Origin: Histomonas meleagridis 2922-C6/04-290x
Lineage: Eukaryota > Protista > Parabasalia
NCBI GenBank assembly: GCA_020184695.1
Contig: JAANOX010000101.1
Coordinates: 62,001-126,000 of the forward strand
Reading direction: 5' to 3'
DNA length: 64,000 nt
Every line of letters begins with the position of its first letter. Within the stretch, counting starts at the first letter, position 1. Under the pieces are notes generated by a model. The model was given only the letters and a program-made list of their open reading frames with translations. It had not been told where the DNA came from and made no database searches. The translations under genes and the position numbers were made by a program. Positions 24,948-36,629 of this stretch are shown in pieces.

Positions 24948-25249
24948 GTAAAACAAATATTTAATAATTTTTTTTAATATGAGAAAAACGAAAATAATTT
25001 CATTTGGTAGAGAATAAGTTTTTTCAAATGATAAAATAAATTTTTTGGGTTATATTTATAAGATATTTAATAATTTTTTTTTAAAAAAATGGAACAAATA
25101 TTTTGGAAGCAAAAATTGTTTACATTATAAGTTTTTGATTAGCAATCTTTGATATTTTTTAAGTTTTATGGAAAACAAACTTGAATATTTCTAAAATGTT
25201 CATTTCTTCATTTGCTTTTAACCAAGTGAATTAGATTTTTAAGACGTAG

Positions 25250-25254
<5 letters not shown>

Positions 25255-25282
<28 letters not shown>
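25255..25282. repeat. (TA)n microsatellite
   Basis: About 13 TA units. Confidence 0.9.
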
Positions 25283-25283
<1 letters not shown>

Positions 25284-25370
25284 ATGAAAACTTTTTGTTG
25301 TTATTTGTGTTTGATAATTTTTCACAATAAAAAATTTTAATAAACATTACATAAATAATATTTTATTAAA

Positions 25371-27196
25371 TTATTGGTTTGAGTTTTGAAAAGAACTCAG
25401 TAATCTGATGATTTCTTGATAGCCATTTGCAGATGCATACATAAATGCTGTTTCAAATAAATTAAACATATTCCAAATCTTCAATTAAAACCATAAACCA
25501 ATAAGATAAATTCTAAATAAATAAAATATATATTCTTTGCATTTATATCAATTCCTTCTTTTGTGATAAGTAATTTTATAACATCGACATTTCCATTTTG
25601 AGATGCTTTTATTAATGCTGTTGCAAATTCTTTGAATAAATTCCGAAAATTACTTTTTAATAATAAATCACCAAAATAAAACCTAAATAATCTAAATAAA
25701 TATCTTCAGCATTTACCTCTATTTCTTCTTGTTCAAGAAGTAATTTAACTATTTCTGTTTTCCCATTTCTAGAAGCTTTCATAAGTGCCGTTTCACATAA
25801 AATGAAAAAATTCCAAATATTATTTTGAAATCCAAAATCATTAAAACAAATTTTAAACAAAACAAATAAATATTTTTAGCATTAATATCAATTCCATTTT
25901 GATCAAGAAGTAATTTAACTATTTCTTTATTACCCACTTCAGATGCGAAAATTAATGCTGTATCAAACAAAATGAAAAAATTCCAAAAATTATTATCAAA
26001 TCGAAAATTATACAGAAAAACATTAAACAAAATCAAAAAATATCTTTAGCATCAATATCGATACCGTTTTGTTCAAGAACAAATTTAACAAGTTCAATAT
26101 TTTCTGATTTAGTTGCAGAAACAAGAATATCTTTTGGAGGCTTATTTCCTTCAAGAAAATATTTAATTAAATATAAGTTACCAATTCTTGCTGATTTATT
26201 CATAATTGAATAACTTATTTTAAATTTTTCTTTTTCCAAAAAAGAAAGAACTTTATAGTTATGGTATAAAACACATTTTTCACCTAATTCAATTAAATTT
26301 AATTCGGCAATTTGATTTTCATAAAGATAATGAAATATTTTATTTCGATGGAATTCAATTGCCGCTTCATAAGAACCATCAAAAGATGAATTATTTTGTT
26401 CACATAAATGAAATATTTCGACATTTCCACCAGCAACAGCATATTTACCAGTGTTTTTCATGTTAGATCCATTTAACATTAAGAATTTAAAACAATTAAT
26501 TGCGCCAAAAAATGCAGCATAATCAATTAATGTTACATTATTCTGATTTATAAATGAACATCGTTCATAAAGTGATGGCTCAATTCTTTGATTAAATGCA
26601 AAGTTCTGTTGTGATGTTAAATCTTGAAGTTTTTCAATTTTATCATTCCGAATTATTTGTGCAATTTCATTTGGATTAATTCCATTATAAACATATTCTT
26701 TATGAAGCTTCCAATTATCTTCTTTAAGTTCATTAATTTTCCTAAAAAATTTATTACTAAATTCACTACATTTTAATTTATTAATATCTGTATCTGATAA
26801 ACGATGTGCAAAATATAATGAACGCATTAAAATAGAATTCCCAACAATTTTGGAATCAATAAAATTTTGTTCAAGCATTTTTTCTAAAAGATAAAATGAT
26901 TCATTTTCCCAAACAAGAAGAAGAAATTTCGTAAATGCTTCGATGATTTTAATCCCTCCTTTTTGTTCAAATAATTTTAAGAAATTAAAATATATTTCAT
27001 AATTATTCATAGTATGTGAAAATGAAAAATATAATAAATTACTAAGAAGTAAATTAAAAGAAAGTGGGTAATTTGTATCAATCAAATTTGTAATTGATTC
27101 AATAGATTCTATGATATTTTCTTCATTTAAATTCCATGTTATTTCTTGTAATGTTTTTAGATACTGTATAATTTTATTATCTATTTCAATGCTCAT
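25371..27196 (-). CDS. Ankyrin locus 3: DUF3447-type ankyrin protein, intact 517-aa ORF if sixteen 17-nt inserts are removed
   Basis: 385-aa head, then 80-nt spacers at 25962..26041, 25792..25871, 25622..25701 and 25452..25531, ending in capping repeat TAFMYASANGYQEIIRLLSSFQNSNQ*. 1826-16x17=1554 nt=518 codons with no internal stop. Confidence 0.8.
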
Positions 27197-27612
27197 GAAT
27201 CATCAAAATTTTTGGAATATTTTAATAATTATGTCAATTTCTTTATTCACAAAATGACAAATATTCTGAATTTTTAAATCAGTCATTTTATAAAATTTTA
27301 TAAAAAACAAATCATGAAATAAAACAAATATCAAGACTTATACTTATCATTTTTTTCTTAACTTAAAAATCTTTTTTGGCGTCATTATATCTGATTTTTG
27401 TAATTAATATGTTTTAATCAATTTTCACTTTTTTTCGATAAGAAAGATAAGACCTAATACATAATATTAATTTCCATTTTTATTTTTTATTAATTATTTA
27501 TATGAATTCATTCCTATTTCTGAAAGTAAATCGAATTCTTTTTCTCGTAAAATAAACGTATGCATTTTTGAAAAAACATTTTGAGTACTTTATAAACATT
27601 TTACATTAACCG

Positions 27613-29133
27613 CTATTTTTTCTTAGTTTTTGGCTTCTTTACTTCTGGTCTTTTTCCATCAGGGAACACGAACAAAGGTATATCTTTTCTTTGTATTACC
27701 ACGGGGACCGTTAACATTTGGGGATGTTTTTCTTTAACCAGGTTCAAATCCCTTAAGAAGTTCTTAGTCTGTTCATCAATGTTAACAGTTTCGCCATGAG
27801 GCAACTTCTTGAAACCCATTGCGATGAAGAAAGAACCAGCGAATTCTTTTCCATCTGCGCCAGGTGTTTCGAACGCCTTTGGGTAAGTAGCTGCGTATTC
27901 GATTTTATCATTTTCTTCTAATAATATCGACAACTTCTTAATCCGCGATTCGACTACTCCTTCCCAAGCTAAAAATCGTTCTTTAGTATCCGCTGATATT
28001 TTTATTTGTAAATACCATTTATATTTAGTAAAGAAATTCGACGGCGCAATCAATAAACTCCATTTTTTACCTTTCATGATGATAGAGTTTGTGATTTTAA
28101 AGCCGCGCTTAAATTCTTCAGTCATTCGCATTCGTGTTGATTTGGTAGCACTACGAAGACTATTAATACATGGATATGCAGGAGTTATGATCGGCATTAA
28201 ATCATTTGATGTGGAGGCATCCCATGATGGAAGTAAGCCAATGTTAGGAGTGTTAATGTAAATGGGACGTGGCCACTTCCACTCAGATAACTCATAAAAA
28301 AACATAGAGATTAATGTGGCTGGCGCTGCTTCAGGATATCGCTCAATAATAAACGCCGATAAAAGTGCACAGTTGACACCCCCCAAATAACCGTAGACGT
28401 TCCCATAGATCGCGCGTGAGCGAGACCAAAGTCGGATGAAGCGAAGGAGGATACGAAACGCTTGTTTGTTGGGTACAAGTTCAAGCATCATATCATTAGT
28501 ACGAACGCCATTAATTGAATTGACAGCTTGTTGATCAAGATTATTTAAAAGAGTATCATCTGATAAATCAATGTCACCTGGAACATTGTCCATGTCAACA
28601 TGCGCAAATGAAAGATCAATATCTACGGTATCAAAGGTCATGGTAATAATTGGAACAAAGGCTCCTTCGATCTTTTGAATATCTTGGACTTTCGGTGATG
28701 ACGATAAAAGATCATAAAAAATACTAAAAAAATGTGTACGATTAACATAACGTGGAGTGATACATAAAACATCAATATCTGAGTTTTGATTACATACACC
28801 AAGACGATATGAACCAAAGTGGAAAAGCTGTGATTGAACTGGTGAACCGTCAATTTCTGTAGGAAGTCCGAGCTTGATACATGTTTGACGAGTAAACTCA
28901 TTTGCAATTTCTTGAAGTTCTTGTAATACAACAGCGCGTTGTTCAGAGCGCTCTTGTGTTTCATAACATGTTTTTTGAAGAAATTTTAATAATCTTTTAC
29001 TTGCTTCGATTTCAAGATTAGTAGGTGGGTCTGTATTAACAGGCTGATGTGCAGGAATAAGAGCTGATATGATGGGGGGATTACTTTCTTCTGTTTCATT
29101 TGTCTGAGCAGCCTCATTTAGGCCATCGTCCAT
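27613..29133 (-). CDS. PAP1: Canonical poly(A) polymerase
   Basis: FGSYRLGV...SDIDVL nucleotidyltransferase motif, FVPIITMTFDTVDIDLSFA, YGYLGGV, MPIITPAYPCINS. Confidence 0.95.
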   Translation of the reverse strand: MDDGLNEAAQTNETEESNPPIISALIPAHQPVNTDPPTNLEIEASKRLLKFLQKTCYETQERSEQRAVVLQELQEIANEFTRQTCIKLGLPTEIDGSPVQSQLFHFGSYRLGVCNQNSDIDVLCITPRYVNRTHFFSIFYDLLSSSPKVQDIQKIEGAFVPIITMTFDTVDIDLSFAHVDMDNVPGDIDLSDDTLLNNLDQQAVNSINGVRTNDMMLELVPNKQAFRILLRFIRLWSRSRAIYGNVYGYLGGVNCALLSAFIIERYPEAAPATLISMFFYELSEWKWPRPIYINTPNIGLLPSWDASTSNDLMPIITPAYPCINSLRSATKSTRMRMTEEFKRGFKITNSIIMKGKKWSLLIAPSNFFTKYKWYLQIKISADTKERFLAWEGVVESRIKKLSILLEENDKIEYAATYPKAFETPGADGKEFAGSFFIAMGFKKLPHGETVNIDEQTKNFLRDLNLVKEKHPQMLTVPVVIQRKDIPLFVFPDGKRPEVKKPKTKKK

Positions 29134-29790
29134 TTCTTTTGGTCAAAAAGTTGATATTGTGAACTTTATTTATCGTTCTACAAAAAAATATGTATAACTT
29201 CATCATTAAATGTGCGGTGTATCAATTTCTATATATTATAACGAAGAAATTTAATACACAGTTAGGTGCCTTGTTATTTTATATACATTCGAAAATTTTT
29301 ATTATATGTATAAATATCGAAAATGAACTTATAACATTTTAAACCAAAAAAACATTAAATGTTCAGGGCACAGTGAAAGAAAATTGTTAATTCAGAAATT
29401 GTTAATCTTTTTTTTCTTGTTTTATCGTTGGAAGCACCAAAATACCGAAATTCAGAACATAGTTCGACCACCTAAATTGAAATTATCGTTGGTTGAAAAT
29501 TCAATACAGTTTAAGCAATCCCACACTTTATATGAAAAAGTGGATAGGATGTGGGCCCAACAATATAAAATAAAAATATTTCCAAATATAAAATATAACT
29601 GTCAATTATTTTGTAGAATATTATAATAAAATGTAAGTTTGATAATATTATTTTTAGAATTATGATCAATCACATTTAAACGCCATGATATTTTATTTTT
29701 TCGTTACAACGATAAATAACGGATAATTATAATTTTTGCGAGGGTGATAAAGCTTTTTCAATAGCAAATGTTTGAGCAAAGATTTCGGTT

Positions 29791-29797
29791 TCATTTT
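29791..29797 (+). promoter_or_regulatory. Parabasalid Inr-like element
   Basis: TCATTTT about 10 nt upstream of the ATG at 29807. Confidence 0.5.
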
Positions 29798-29806
29798 TGA
29801 GCTTGG

Positions 29807-32233
29807 ATGTTTCTTGTTTTTGCGCTTCTGTGTGCAAATGTTTCATCACAGCCTGTGAACATAATAGAAGTAATTTCTAAATTAATCAACGGCGGATACA
29901 CTGTTGGTGAATTCTTCAATGCGACTGGATTGACTAATTTTCAACAATGTATTGAAAACTTTACTTCCATAATTTCACCTACATTTGATGTTTCATCTCT
30001 CGTTAATATAGATTCTCCTTTATCGCTCATTTTACCAATGTTTCCAGATTCAATTACTGGTACCATAGACATATCATTATTACAGGATGCTCTTCAGCCT
30101 GTAATGCCTGGAATATTTTCTGTTGCATATGATATATTCGGTCTAATGAATTGGGATTTATCACTTCTAGGCCAATTAAACGCCACTTTATCAACCTACC
30201 ATTTTTCATTACAACAAATTCTCGAATCAGTTAATCTTGATACAGTTTATATTTCACAAGTATATCCTGTATTGATCAAAATACTAAAATCAAGTCAAAC
30301 ATCATGGACAGAAGTATATCAAGCACTTGGAGGCAGCTCGTATGTCGAAAACTATCAAAGCTTTTATGGTTCTCTTCTTAGTTTAACCTCAGCTTATAAT
30401 GATCAAAACATGTCAATCACCAACATCCTAATGCCTGTCATAACTGGTGTTAACTGGGTCAGCGATCTCATCGACTTATTCAACACTACATTCCTTAATG
30501 TTTATGATCTTGTTCGCGGTCCACTATCTAAAGCCGCCGACATTGAGAACTCTCCAATTGCAGGAAGAATGCACTACCTTGAGGACTTAGCTGTTACATT
30601 GTATAACAATACTCATCTTGTGACTTTATACAATTTCCTTGCGACTTTCTCAATTAATATAAATACTACAGAGATTGAATTCATTTCTAACTATTACATC
30701 ATTCCAATTGCCCAAGCATTTGCCACGGGGCACCCCAACATCAAATCCCTTCTTCTTGGCTTTGGCTGCAATGAAACTGAAGTCAACTTTGCCCTTAAGT
30801 TAATTGAGATGTGCACATCAGCTGAGTATAATGTCATTGATGCCTTTTCATATTATGCGCAGTATTCACAAAATCAAACACTCATCATGATCAGTAATGC
30901 ACTTCGAATGATTAACCAAAGCTTGAGCACATTCTCATTATCAACAAACATCTTAAGTCTTCTTTCCCTTACTTCTTTATTCGGAAATGACATTGGGCCA
31001 AATATTGCAGCTGCAATCTGTGGAACAATATATCAAATTACAGATCGCAACGCATCTGTGTTTGATTACCCAATAATTCAAATGATATCACAGTTACTAA
31101 ACACAACAATGATAAACGAAGATGAATTCAAAGATATGCTTCAAATGTTAACATTACCATTTTTTGCACAAACACCATTAATCAACCTGCTTAATGTACT
31201 CAACATTTCTCCTGAAACAATTTATGTCATTTATGGACTTATAACACAATTGCAAACGCAAACAGTCAATGAAGTAATTATTAATAACATGAACACCACG
31301 ATTGAGTTTGGTGGTCAATCATTTCCACTCGGAAGTGTCATTGATATGTTCATCAAGTCCATCAGCACCAACATTGTGTTTTATACACAAAGTCTTCAGA
31401 CCTTCTTTGAGCGATGGTATCTTGACAACTTATATCAATTCATCTCTGAAAAGATCATCAACGTATTCACATTATTGCAACATGATTTTACTATTTCTCA
31501 ATTACTTGATCCAATTAATCCATATCTTGATGAAGCATTATTCTTATTAATACCACCACTTCAACGAATTCTTATGAATGGAACCATTAATGATGTCTTT
31601 AGTGCAATACCAAATACATTTTGTGATATCTCAGCTACATTAACTAATATTTCTAATGCTGCATGTTTATCACTTCCAAACATCATTGATTGCATAGTAT
31701 TTTTACCATCAGCTAATGTATCTATTTATCATGTATTACCACTTCCATATATTTATAATGTATCACTTCAATTACAATCAAATGCAATACAACAAAGCAT
31801 TACATTAAATGATATCTCAGCAGTTGGTATTGAAGTTCCATCGAATCTCGTTCAATCTGTAAATGATATCTCCAATTTCATGTCTGTCCCATCTAAGCCA
31901 TTCATTGTCAAAGCAATGACTTCTGTGTTACCTTCGCAAGCACGTGCACTTGACCCAATACTCGGAAGTATTAACACGGCGGCAATATCAGCATACAATG
32001 GACAGGAAGTAGACTTAACATTCCCAGATAACTCAGTGCAATATGACTACGGAGATGACTTCGGCGGTGACGAACAACAAAGTGGTTACAGCGCTAGCGA
32101 TAAGAGAATATTCTTAAGCGTAGGAGCTATAGCTGGAATCGCATGCTCTGCTGTGGTAATATTGGCTGTAATCATTGTGCTGATCGTGTTTAGCGCAAAG
32201 AAAACGAAAAAAGAATCATCACAAGAGCCGTGA
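29807..32233 (+). CDS. Hypothetical single-pass surface protein (signal peptide, C-terminal TM)
   Basis: MFLVFALLCANVSS signal-like N-terminus, many N-x-S/T sequons, TM GAIAGIACSAVVILAVIIVLIVF followed by basic KKTKK. Confidence 0.85.
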   Translation: MFLVFALLCANVSSQPVNIIEVISKLINGGYTVGEFFNATGLTNFQQCIENFTSIISPTFDVSSLVNIDSPLSLILPMFPDSITGTIDISLLQDALQPVMPGIFSVAYDIFGLMNWDLSLLGQLNATLSTYHFSLQQILESVNLDTVYISQVYPVLIKILKSSQTSWTEVYQALGGSSYVENYQSFYGSLLSLTSAYNDQNMSITNILMPVITGVNWVSDLIDLFNTTFLNVYDLVRGPLSKAADIENSPIAGRMHYLEDLAVTLYNNTHLVTLYNFLATFSININTTEIEFISNYYIIPIAQAFATGHPNIKSLLLGFGCNETEVNFALKLIEMCTSAEYNVIDAFSYYAQYSQNQTLIMISNALRMINQSLSTFSLSTNILSLLSLTSLFGNDIGPNIAAAICGTIYQITDRNASVFDYPIIQMISQLLNTTMINEDEFKDMLQMLTLPFFAQTPLINLLNVLNISPETIYVIYGLITQLQTQTVNEVIINNMNTTIEFGGQSFPLGSVIDMFIKSISTNIVFYTQSLQTFFERWYLDNLYQFISEKIINVFTLLQHDFTISQLLDPINPYLDEALFLLIPPLQRILMNGTINDVFSAIPNTFCDISATLTNISNAACLSLPNIIDCIVFLPSANVSIYHVLPLPYIYNVSLQLQSNAIQQSITLNDISAVGIEVPSNLVQSVNDISNFMSVPSKPFIVKAMTSVLPSQARALDPILGSINTAAISAYNGQEVDLTFPDNSVQYDYGDDFGGDEQQSGYSASDKRIFLSVGAIAGIACSAVVILAVIIVLIVFSAKKTKKESSQEP

Positions 32234-32592
32234 GAAAGAATCGAAACTGCGAAACTTAAATAAATAAACTCATGAAATGTGAAATTTGCAACGCGAAATG
32301 GTTTAATGCATTTGTAAATGTTTATAAATTATGCTAATGAAAATGTAACTGATGCAATAACATTAATGGAATCTAATAGATCTTAAGAAGCAAATTATAT
32401 CACTTTTCTGCACATAATTATTTCGGAGTTAGGAATTGTAATTAGATAATTATGTCAATGATAATGTATATGATTCAAAGTTCTTGGATTAAAATTAATT
32501 TGAGGTATTTTAGTTCTTAAGTTGTTGTTTACATCTTTATCACTTTTTCGTAAATAATTCATTGGCAGTAAAGTACGTTTAAAAAATCGAAA

Positions 32593-33228
32593 ATGGATAT
32601 CCAAAAAAATATTGAAGAAATTCTACAGAATATAGAAAAAACAAGGAAAAACTTCGATAAGTGGTATGCAAAACAAGTGGAAATAATCCATCAAACGAAA
32701 AAAGAGGCGCAACAAGTTAAATCTGATCATGCTATGAAAATAAAAGAAAATCAAGATATGCAAAACAAGATAATCAAGGAAATCAATCAAATAAAGACAC
32801 AAGAACAAATCAATCTCGAGACGGCCAAAGCTATTCAACAAGAACAAAATCAAATCAAAAAAGAAATAGAAATAATTCCAAAAGATTTTGACTATCTGGA
32901 AAACAAAATCTTCCTTTTGAAAACCAAAAAGCAGCGTTTAATTCAAGAGCAAAACAAAACAGAAGAAGGTATTAATTCGATTCAAGATGAATTGAATGCA
33001 TATCAAGTACTGTACGGTATTATATTCAACATAGAAGGAAAGGGCATTCGTATTACTTTTACAGAATCAAACCAACAAATCATAATTTCAAAAGATGAAA
33101 ATAATTATTATCGAATAACCGAAGCTCCACCAGCAATTGCACACAAAAAAGGAGAACTAGAAAATATACTTAACCAAAATGGAGATATTAGATCATTCCT
33201 TGCATCTATTAGATCATATCTTTTTTAA
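32593..33228 (+). CDS. Coiled-coil protein, possibly kinetochore Spc25-like
   Basis: Long coiled coil followed by YQVLYGIIFNIEGKGIRITFT, an RWD-like tail typical of Spc25. Confidence 0.5.
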   Translation: MDIQKNIEEILQNIEKTRKNFDKWYAKQVEIIHQTKKEAQQVKSDHAMKIKENQDMQNKIIKEINQIKTQEQINLETAKAIQQEQNQIKKEIEIIPKDFDYLENKIFLLKTKKQRLIQEQNKTEEGINSIQDELNAYQVLYGIIFNIEGKGIRITFTESNQQIIISKDENNYYRITEAPPAIAHKKGELENILNQNGDIRSFLASIRSYLF

Positions 33229-33324
33229 TTTTTGTATTTAAAAGAAATTTAGAATCATTTTTTATTGCTTCACATGAAGTTTATTTTTAATTTAAAAATA
33301 TAATTTGTAAATGATTAAACTGGT

Positions 33325-34047
33325 TTATTCGTAACTGATTTTCTTTGAAACACGACCAGATTGTGTAACGATTTCTTTTTGTACAGGTTCTTTTGCTTTT
33401 ACAACTTTCTTCTTTTCTTTTTTCTCTTGTCTGACAATCTTCTTCCTCTTTACTGTCTTCTCTGGTGCAATAGTCTTTAAGCCGAGTGCTGTGAATGCGT
33501 ATGAACCTTTCTTTGCTTTTAAAAGCTTCTTTTCCTTAAGAGATTCAAGTGTTTTCTTCGTTCTCTTTGGAATGAATTGGGGTAATCCTTCGTCCATATA
33601 GTCAGTTAGATACTGTTTAACCTTAATAAAACTAATATACTTATTATCGTCTGTCATAAGATTAAAGATAGCTTCTGATACCCAGCGACTATAAAGTCCC
33701 ATATCGCGAGAGACAGCTGCCTTCTTAGTTGTCTTCTTTTCCTTCTTTGTTTTGGTATCCTTCTTAGTTACCTTCTTTGTTTTCTTATCAACATTTTTCT
33801 TGGTTTCTCGTTTAGCTGGCTTTGTAGCCTTCTTGACCATCTTCTTTGTGGCTTCCTTTTTGGTGGTTGATTTCTTTGTTGTTGACTTCTTTGTGACAAC
33901 TTTTTTAACTGATTTCTTCTTTGTATCAGTGGTAGTTTTCTTTGTTCGTGTTTTCTTAGTTACTGTGTTTTTTGGTTTCTTTTCAACCTTTGATTTTTCT
34001 TCCTTTTCTTCCTTTTTGGCTTGTTCTTTCTCTGCTTTTTCAGGCAT
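33325..34047 (-). CDS. Linker histone H1-like protein
   Basis: Lys/Thr-rich low-complexity region plus globular H15-like YSRWVSEAIFNL...ISFIKVKQYL...KKTLESLKEKKLLKAKKGSY. Confidence 0.7.
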   Translation of the reverse strand: MPEKAEKEQAKKEEKEEKSKVEKKPKNTVTKKTRTKKTTTDTKKKSVKKVVTKKSTTKKSTTKKEATKKMVKKATKPAKRETKKNVDKKTKKVTKKDTKTKKEKKTTKKAAVSRDMGLYSRWVSEAIFNLMTDDNKYISFIKVKQYLTDYMDEGLPQFIPKRTKKTLESLKEKKLLKAKKGSYAFTALGLKTIAPEKTVKRKKIVRQEKKEKKKVVKAKEPVQKEIVTQSGRVSKKISYE

Positions 34048-34340
34048 TTTAGTGAACCAAGTTTTGGCGCCTTTTTTGGCTCAATTTTCCCGCCAAAATC
34101 ATTGAAAAAGTTGTAATTTTTGTAACACTAAAACGACAAAATTCCATTTTGTATTATGTCAGTTTGAGACATTCATTTTTGAAAACTATCAAAGTATTGA
34201 AAAAAAATTCTTAGTAAGTTATTTGAACCCAAGAACAATTTTTGATTAATTTTTATGTATTGCCTTATTGGTATAAGTTGTATTTGTTGTTGTTTTTTGA
34301 AAATGTTTTAAGATATTTCTCAATCATTTTAATCTTCTTC

Positions 34341-35597
34341 TTAACTATTTTGACAAAGCATATTAAGTAATGCTTGCGATTCTTCATATAGTTCGATAGA
34401 TGGATGATCCTTAAGAGATTCAAGTGCTAATATAATTATATTCATTTCATCTTCATTTTTAACATCAAAAGAAATATAAAATCGAATAATTTGGAAAATA
34501 GAAACAGCGAAACTTTCATCGAAAATATTATCTTCCGTAATAACATTAATTATATTATAACTTTTTAATGTTTCTAAATAATTAAAAGGAAATGTTGTAC
34601 AAAAAACAGCAATTGCACTTATAGCTTCTTTTTTTATTTTATAACTTCCGTTTGAAGCAATTTCAACAATTATATTTATAATGTTTTTCTCTTCGAGTTC
34701 TCCGAATATTAAATCTAATGAATTACAATTACTAAATTTTGCAATTGCTTTAGAAATCCTAATTCCAGTAATAATCACATTTTCGATATTACTTTGAAAT
34801 GATAAAGTTGCAATAAAAAGAAATTCATTGATGTTTTCATCGCTTAAAAAATTAATTAAATATAAAAATGCAGATGAAAAACTCGTTTTAAGATCTGAAT
34901 CTTCACCACTAAAAATGGCATATGAATACTTAATTAATGGGATGCCTAAGTCGTGACATAGTTGTGGAGAAAATTTGAAAATGTTTCGGAATGATTTCAT
35001 GAGATTTGAAATGACGAATGAGTCATTGCTATTAAAGACATTATAAATAAGTTCAATAAATTCCGGCTCATTGTATAGTGAATTACATAATAATTCGGCG
35101 TTAATTTTCGATAAATCAAAAATAATATTTGTGATTTCATCAATGAATTTTCGGTTGTATGAATTGGCAATTAAAGGACGAATCCCAATGTCATCTAAAA
35201 ATGATGTCATGCCAGGTTCTCCTGTATTTTGGATGATTTGTCGAATCCACTTAAAGGATATTGGAATTATTTTCCCGAGTATACCAAATATATGAAGTGA
35301 GATGAGAGCTTGTGCGTTGTTAGGGATTATGGATTCAATAAATAAATGTGACTCATTATAATGATTTATGAAATATGAAATAAATATATTAAGAAAATCA
35401 ATGTCAAATGCTGGGAATGGGAATCCAAATAGTTCTTGAAAGAAAGTAATTGGTGAAATTTCTCTTTTAATCATTTCCAAAAAAAATTTATCAACTTCAA
35501 AAATTTGTTGTTTCCATATATCACGACTAACATCAAGCACGTCCTCCGACTCTTTGGTCAAAAGGTCGATTTTTTGGGCTTGAGATACAATAACCAA
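34341..35597 (-). CDS. ARM-repeat / importin-alpha-like protein
   Basis: Helical repeats; NIINIIVEIASNGSYKIKKEAISAIA resembles the importin-alpha C-terminal ARM. Confidence 0.5.
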   Translation of the reverse strand: MVIVSQAQKIDLLTKESEDVLDVSRDIWKQQIFEVDKFFLEMIKREISPITFFQELFGFPFPAFDIDFLNIFISYFINHYNESHLFIESIIPNNAQALISLHIFGILGKIIPISFKWIRQIIQNTGEPGMTSFLDDIGIRPLIANSYNRKFIDEITNIIFDLSKINAELLCNSLYNEPEFIELIYNVFNSNDSFVISNLMKSFRNIFKFSPQLCHDLGIPLIKYSYAIFSGEDSDLKTSFSSAFLYLINFLSDENINEFLFIATLSFQSNIENVIITGIRISKAIAKFSNCNSLDLIFGELEEKNIINIIVEIASNGSYKIKKEAISAIAVFCTTFPFNYLETLKSYNIINVITEDNIFDESFAVSIFQIIRFYISFDVKNEDEMNIIILALESLKDHPSIELYEESQALLNMLCQNS

Positions 35598-35792
35598 TTT
35601 TTTGTAATTCGTAAAAATGAAAAGTAATCACCCAAATTTTATTACCAACCCAAAGGGCAATAAGAATATCCTTCAGCACATGAAAAAAGTTTATCGTAAT
35701 TTAATATTTAATTTGCAAAAAATTGGTTAAACATGTATAATAGATTAATTTGGTAGAATTTAAATCAGAAATATTTTACTAAAAATTATTTG

Positions 35793-36629
35793 TTATGTGG
35801 ATAGGTTGGAGCTTGTTTCTTTCGAGCTTCTTGAACGGACGGACCTTTTAGGGGACCCGACCATATTTCTTTTCAATGTTTTGTTTTCTTTTTGATCGTT
35901 TTCATAGTTGTCTTCAATTTTAATGTTTTCAAACATTTTGTCGATTTCCTCTTTTGTAATTGATACTTTATGTCTAGCAGATTGCGAAATTAATTTTTGC
36001 TTCATAACAGCAATATTTCTGTTAAATTGTAGATGAACGGATTCAATATCTTTCTGAAGTTTTTCGATCTGAATTTTTGTGTTTTCTTCAAATTTAGAAT
36101 TTAAAATTTTCTTCTTTTCTTCATATCTATTTTGTATTTCATTCTGAAGATCTCTAAGCTTAATAGCTTTTTGTTGATTTGATTCTTGCACGATCTCCTC
36201 GGCAAGTTCATAATTAGAGAATGATACTTGAGCCTGGGCTTCTAATAATAGGGCATTACATTTTGGAATTCCTCTTTTGGCGCAAAGTTCCAGATTTCTT
36301 GCGAGCTCTGCTGATAACTGAATTAGGTCAGCAGAATGAAGTGCCTGTGATTGAATTTTTTTGGCATTATAATTTGATCTGATCTGATAAACTTTTTGTG
36401 TACATTCGCTTGATAGATGGCGAGCCTCATCTAGTGTTTCTTGCTTGATAAATTCATATAAATTTTTCCGGCTTTGTTTATTTGCTGCTTGAGAATTGCT
36501 TGCTTGATTTTTAAGGAATTTAATACTTTCATCTATCTCTCTAGTTTTTGCAAAATTGTTTTCCTTGATTGCTTTTTGACGCTCGGCTCGAAGAACACTG
36601 ATTTCTTTCTCAAAGCCCCCGGCCTGCAT
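35793..36629 (-). CDS. Hypothetical coiled-coil protein
   Basis: 278-aa ORF with heptad composition. Confidence 0.7.
   Translation of the reverse strand: MQAGGFEKEISVLRAERQKAIKENNFAKTREIDESIKFLKNQASNSQAANKQSRKNLYEFIKQETLDEARHLSSECTQKVYQIRSNYNAKKIQSQALHSADLIQLSAELARNLELCAKRGIPKCNALLLEAQAQVSFSNYELAEEIVQESNQQKAIKLRDLQNEIQNRYEEKKKILNSKFEENTKIQIEKLQKDIESVHLQFNRNIAVMKQKLISQSARHKVSITKEEIDKMFENIKIEDNYENDQKENKTLKRNMVGSPKRSVRSRSSKETSSNLST

Noticed and set aside
25452-26041. 17-nt inserts as sequencing or assembly artefacts
   Set aside because: Consensus errors elsewhere are 1-nt homopolymer slips. They cannot produce position-specific, sequence-diverged 17-mers at 20-nt pitch in four loci.
25452-26041. 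T4 gene 60/byp-style matched-codon ribosome hopping or IRE1-type hairpin introns as the established mechanism
   Set aside because: Take-off codons do not match the triplet before the resume codon, and no CNG-CAG stem-loops are visible. Retained only as loose analogies.
21950-29133. CBP80-like and poly(A) polymerase genes flanking ankyrin locus 3 as dedicated processing factors
   Set aside because: Both look like ordinary housekeeping genes, eukaryotic neighbours are rarely functionally linked, and the other three loci have unrelated neighbours.
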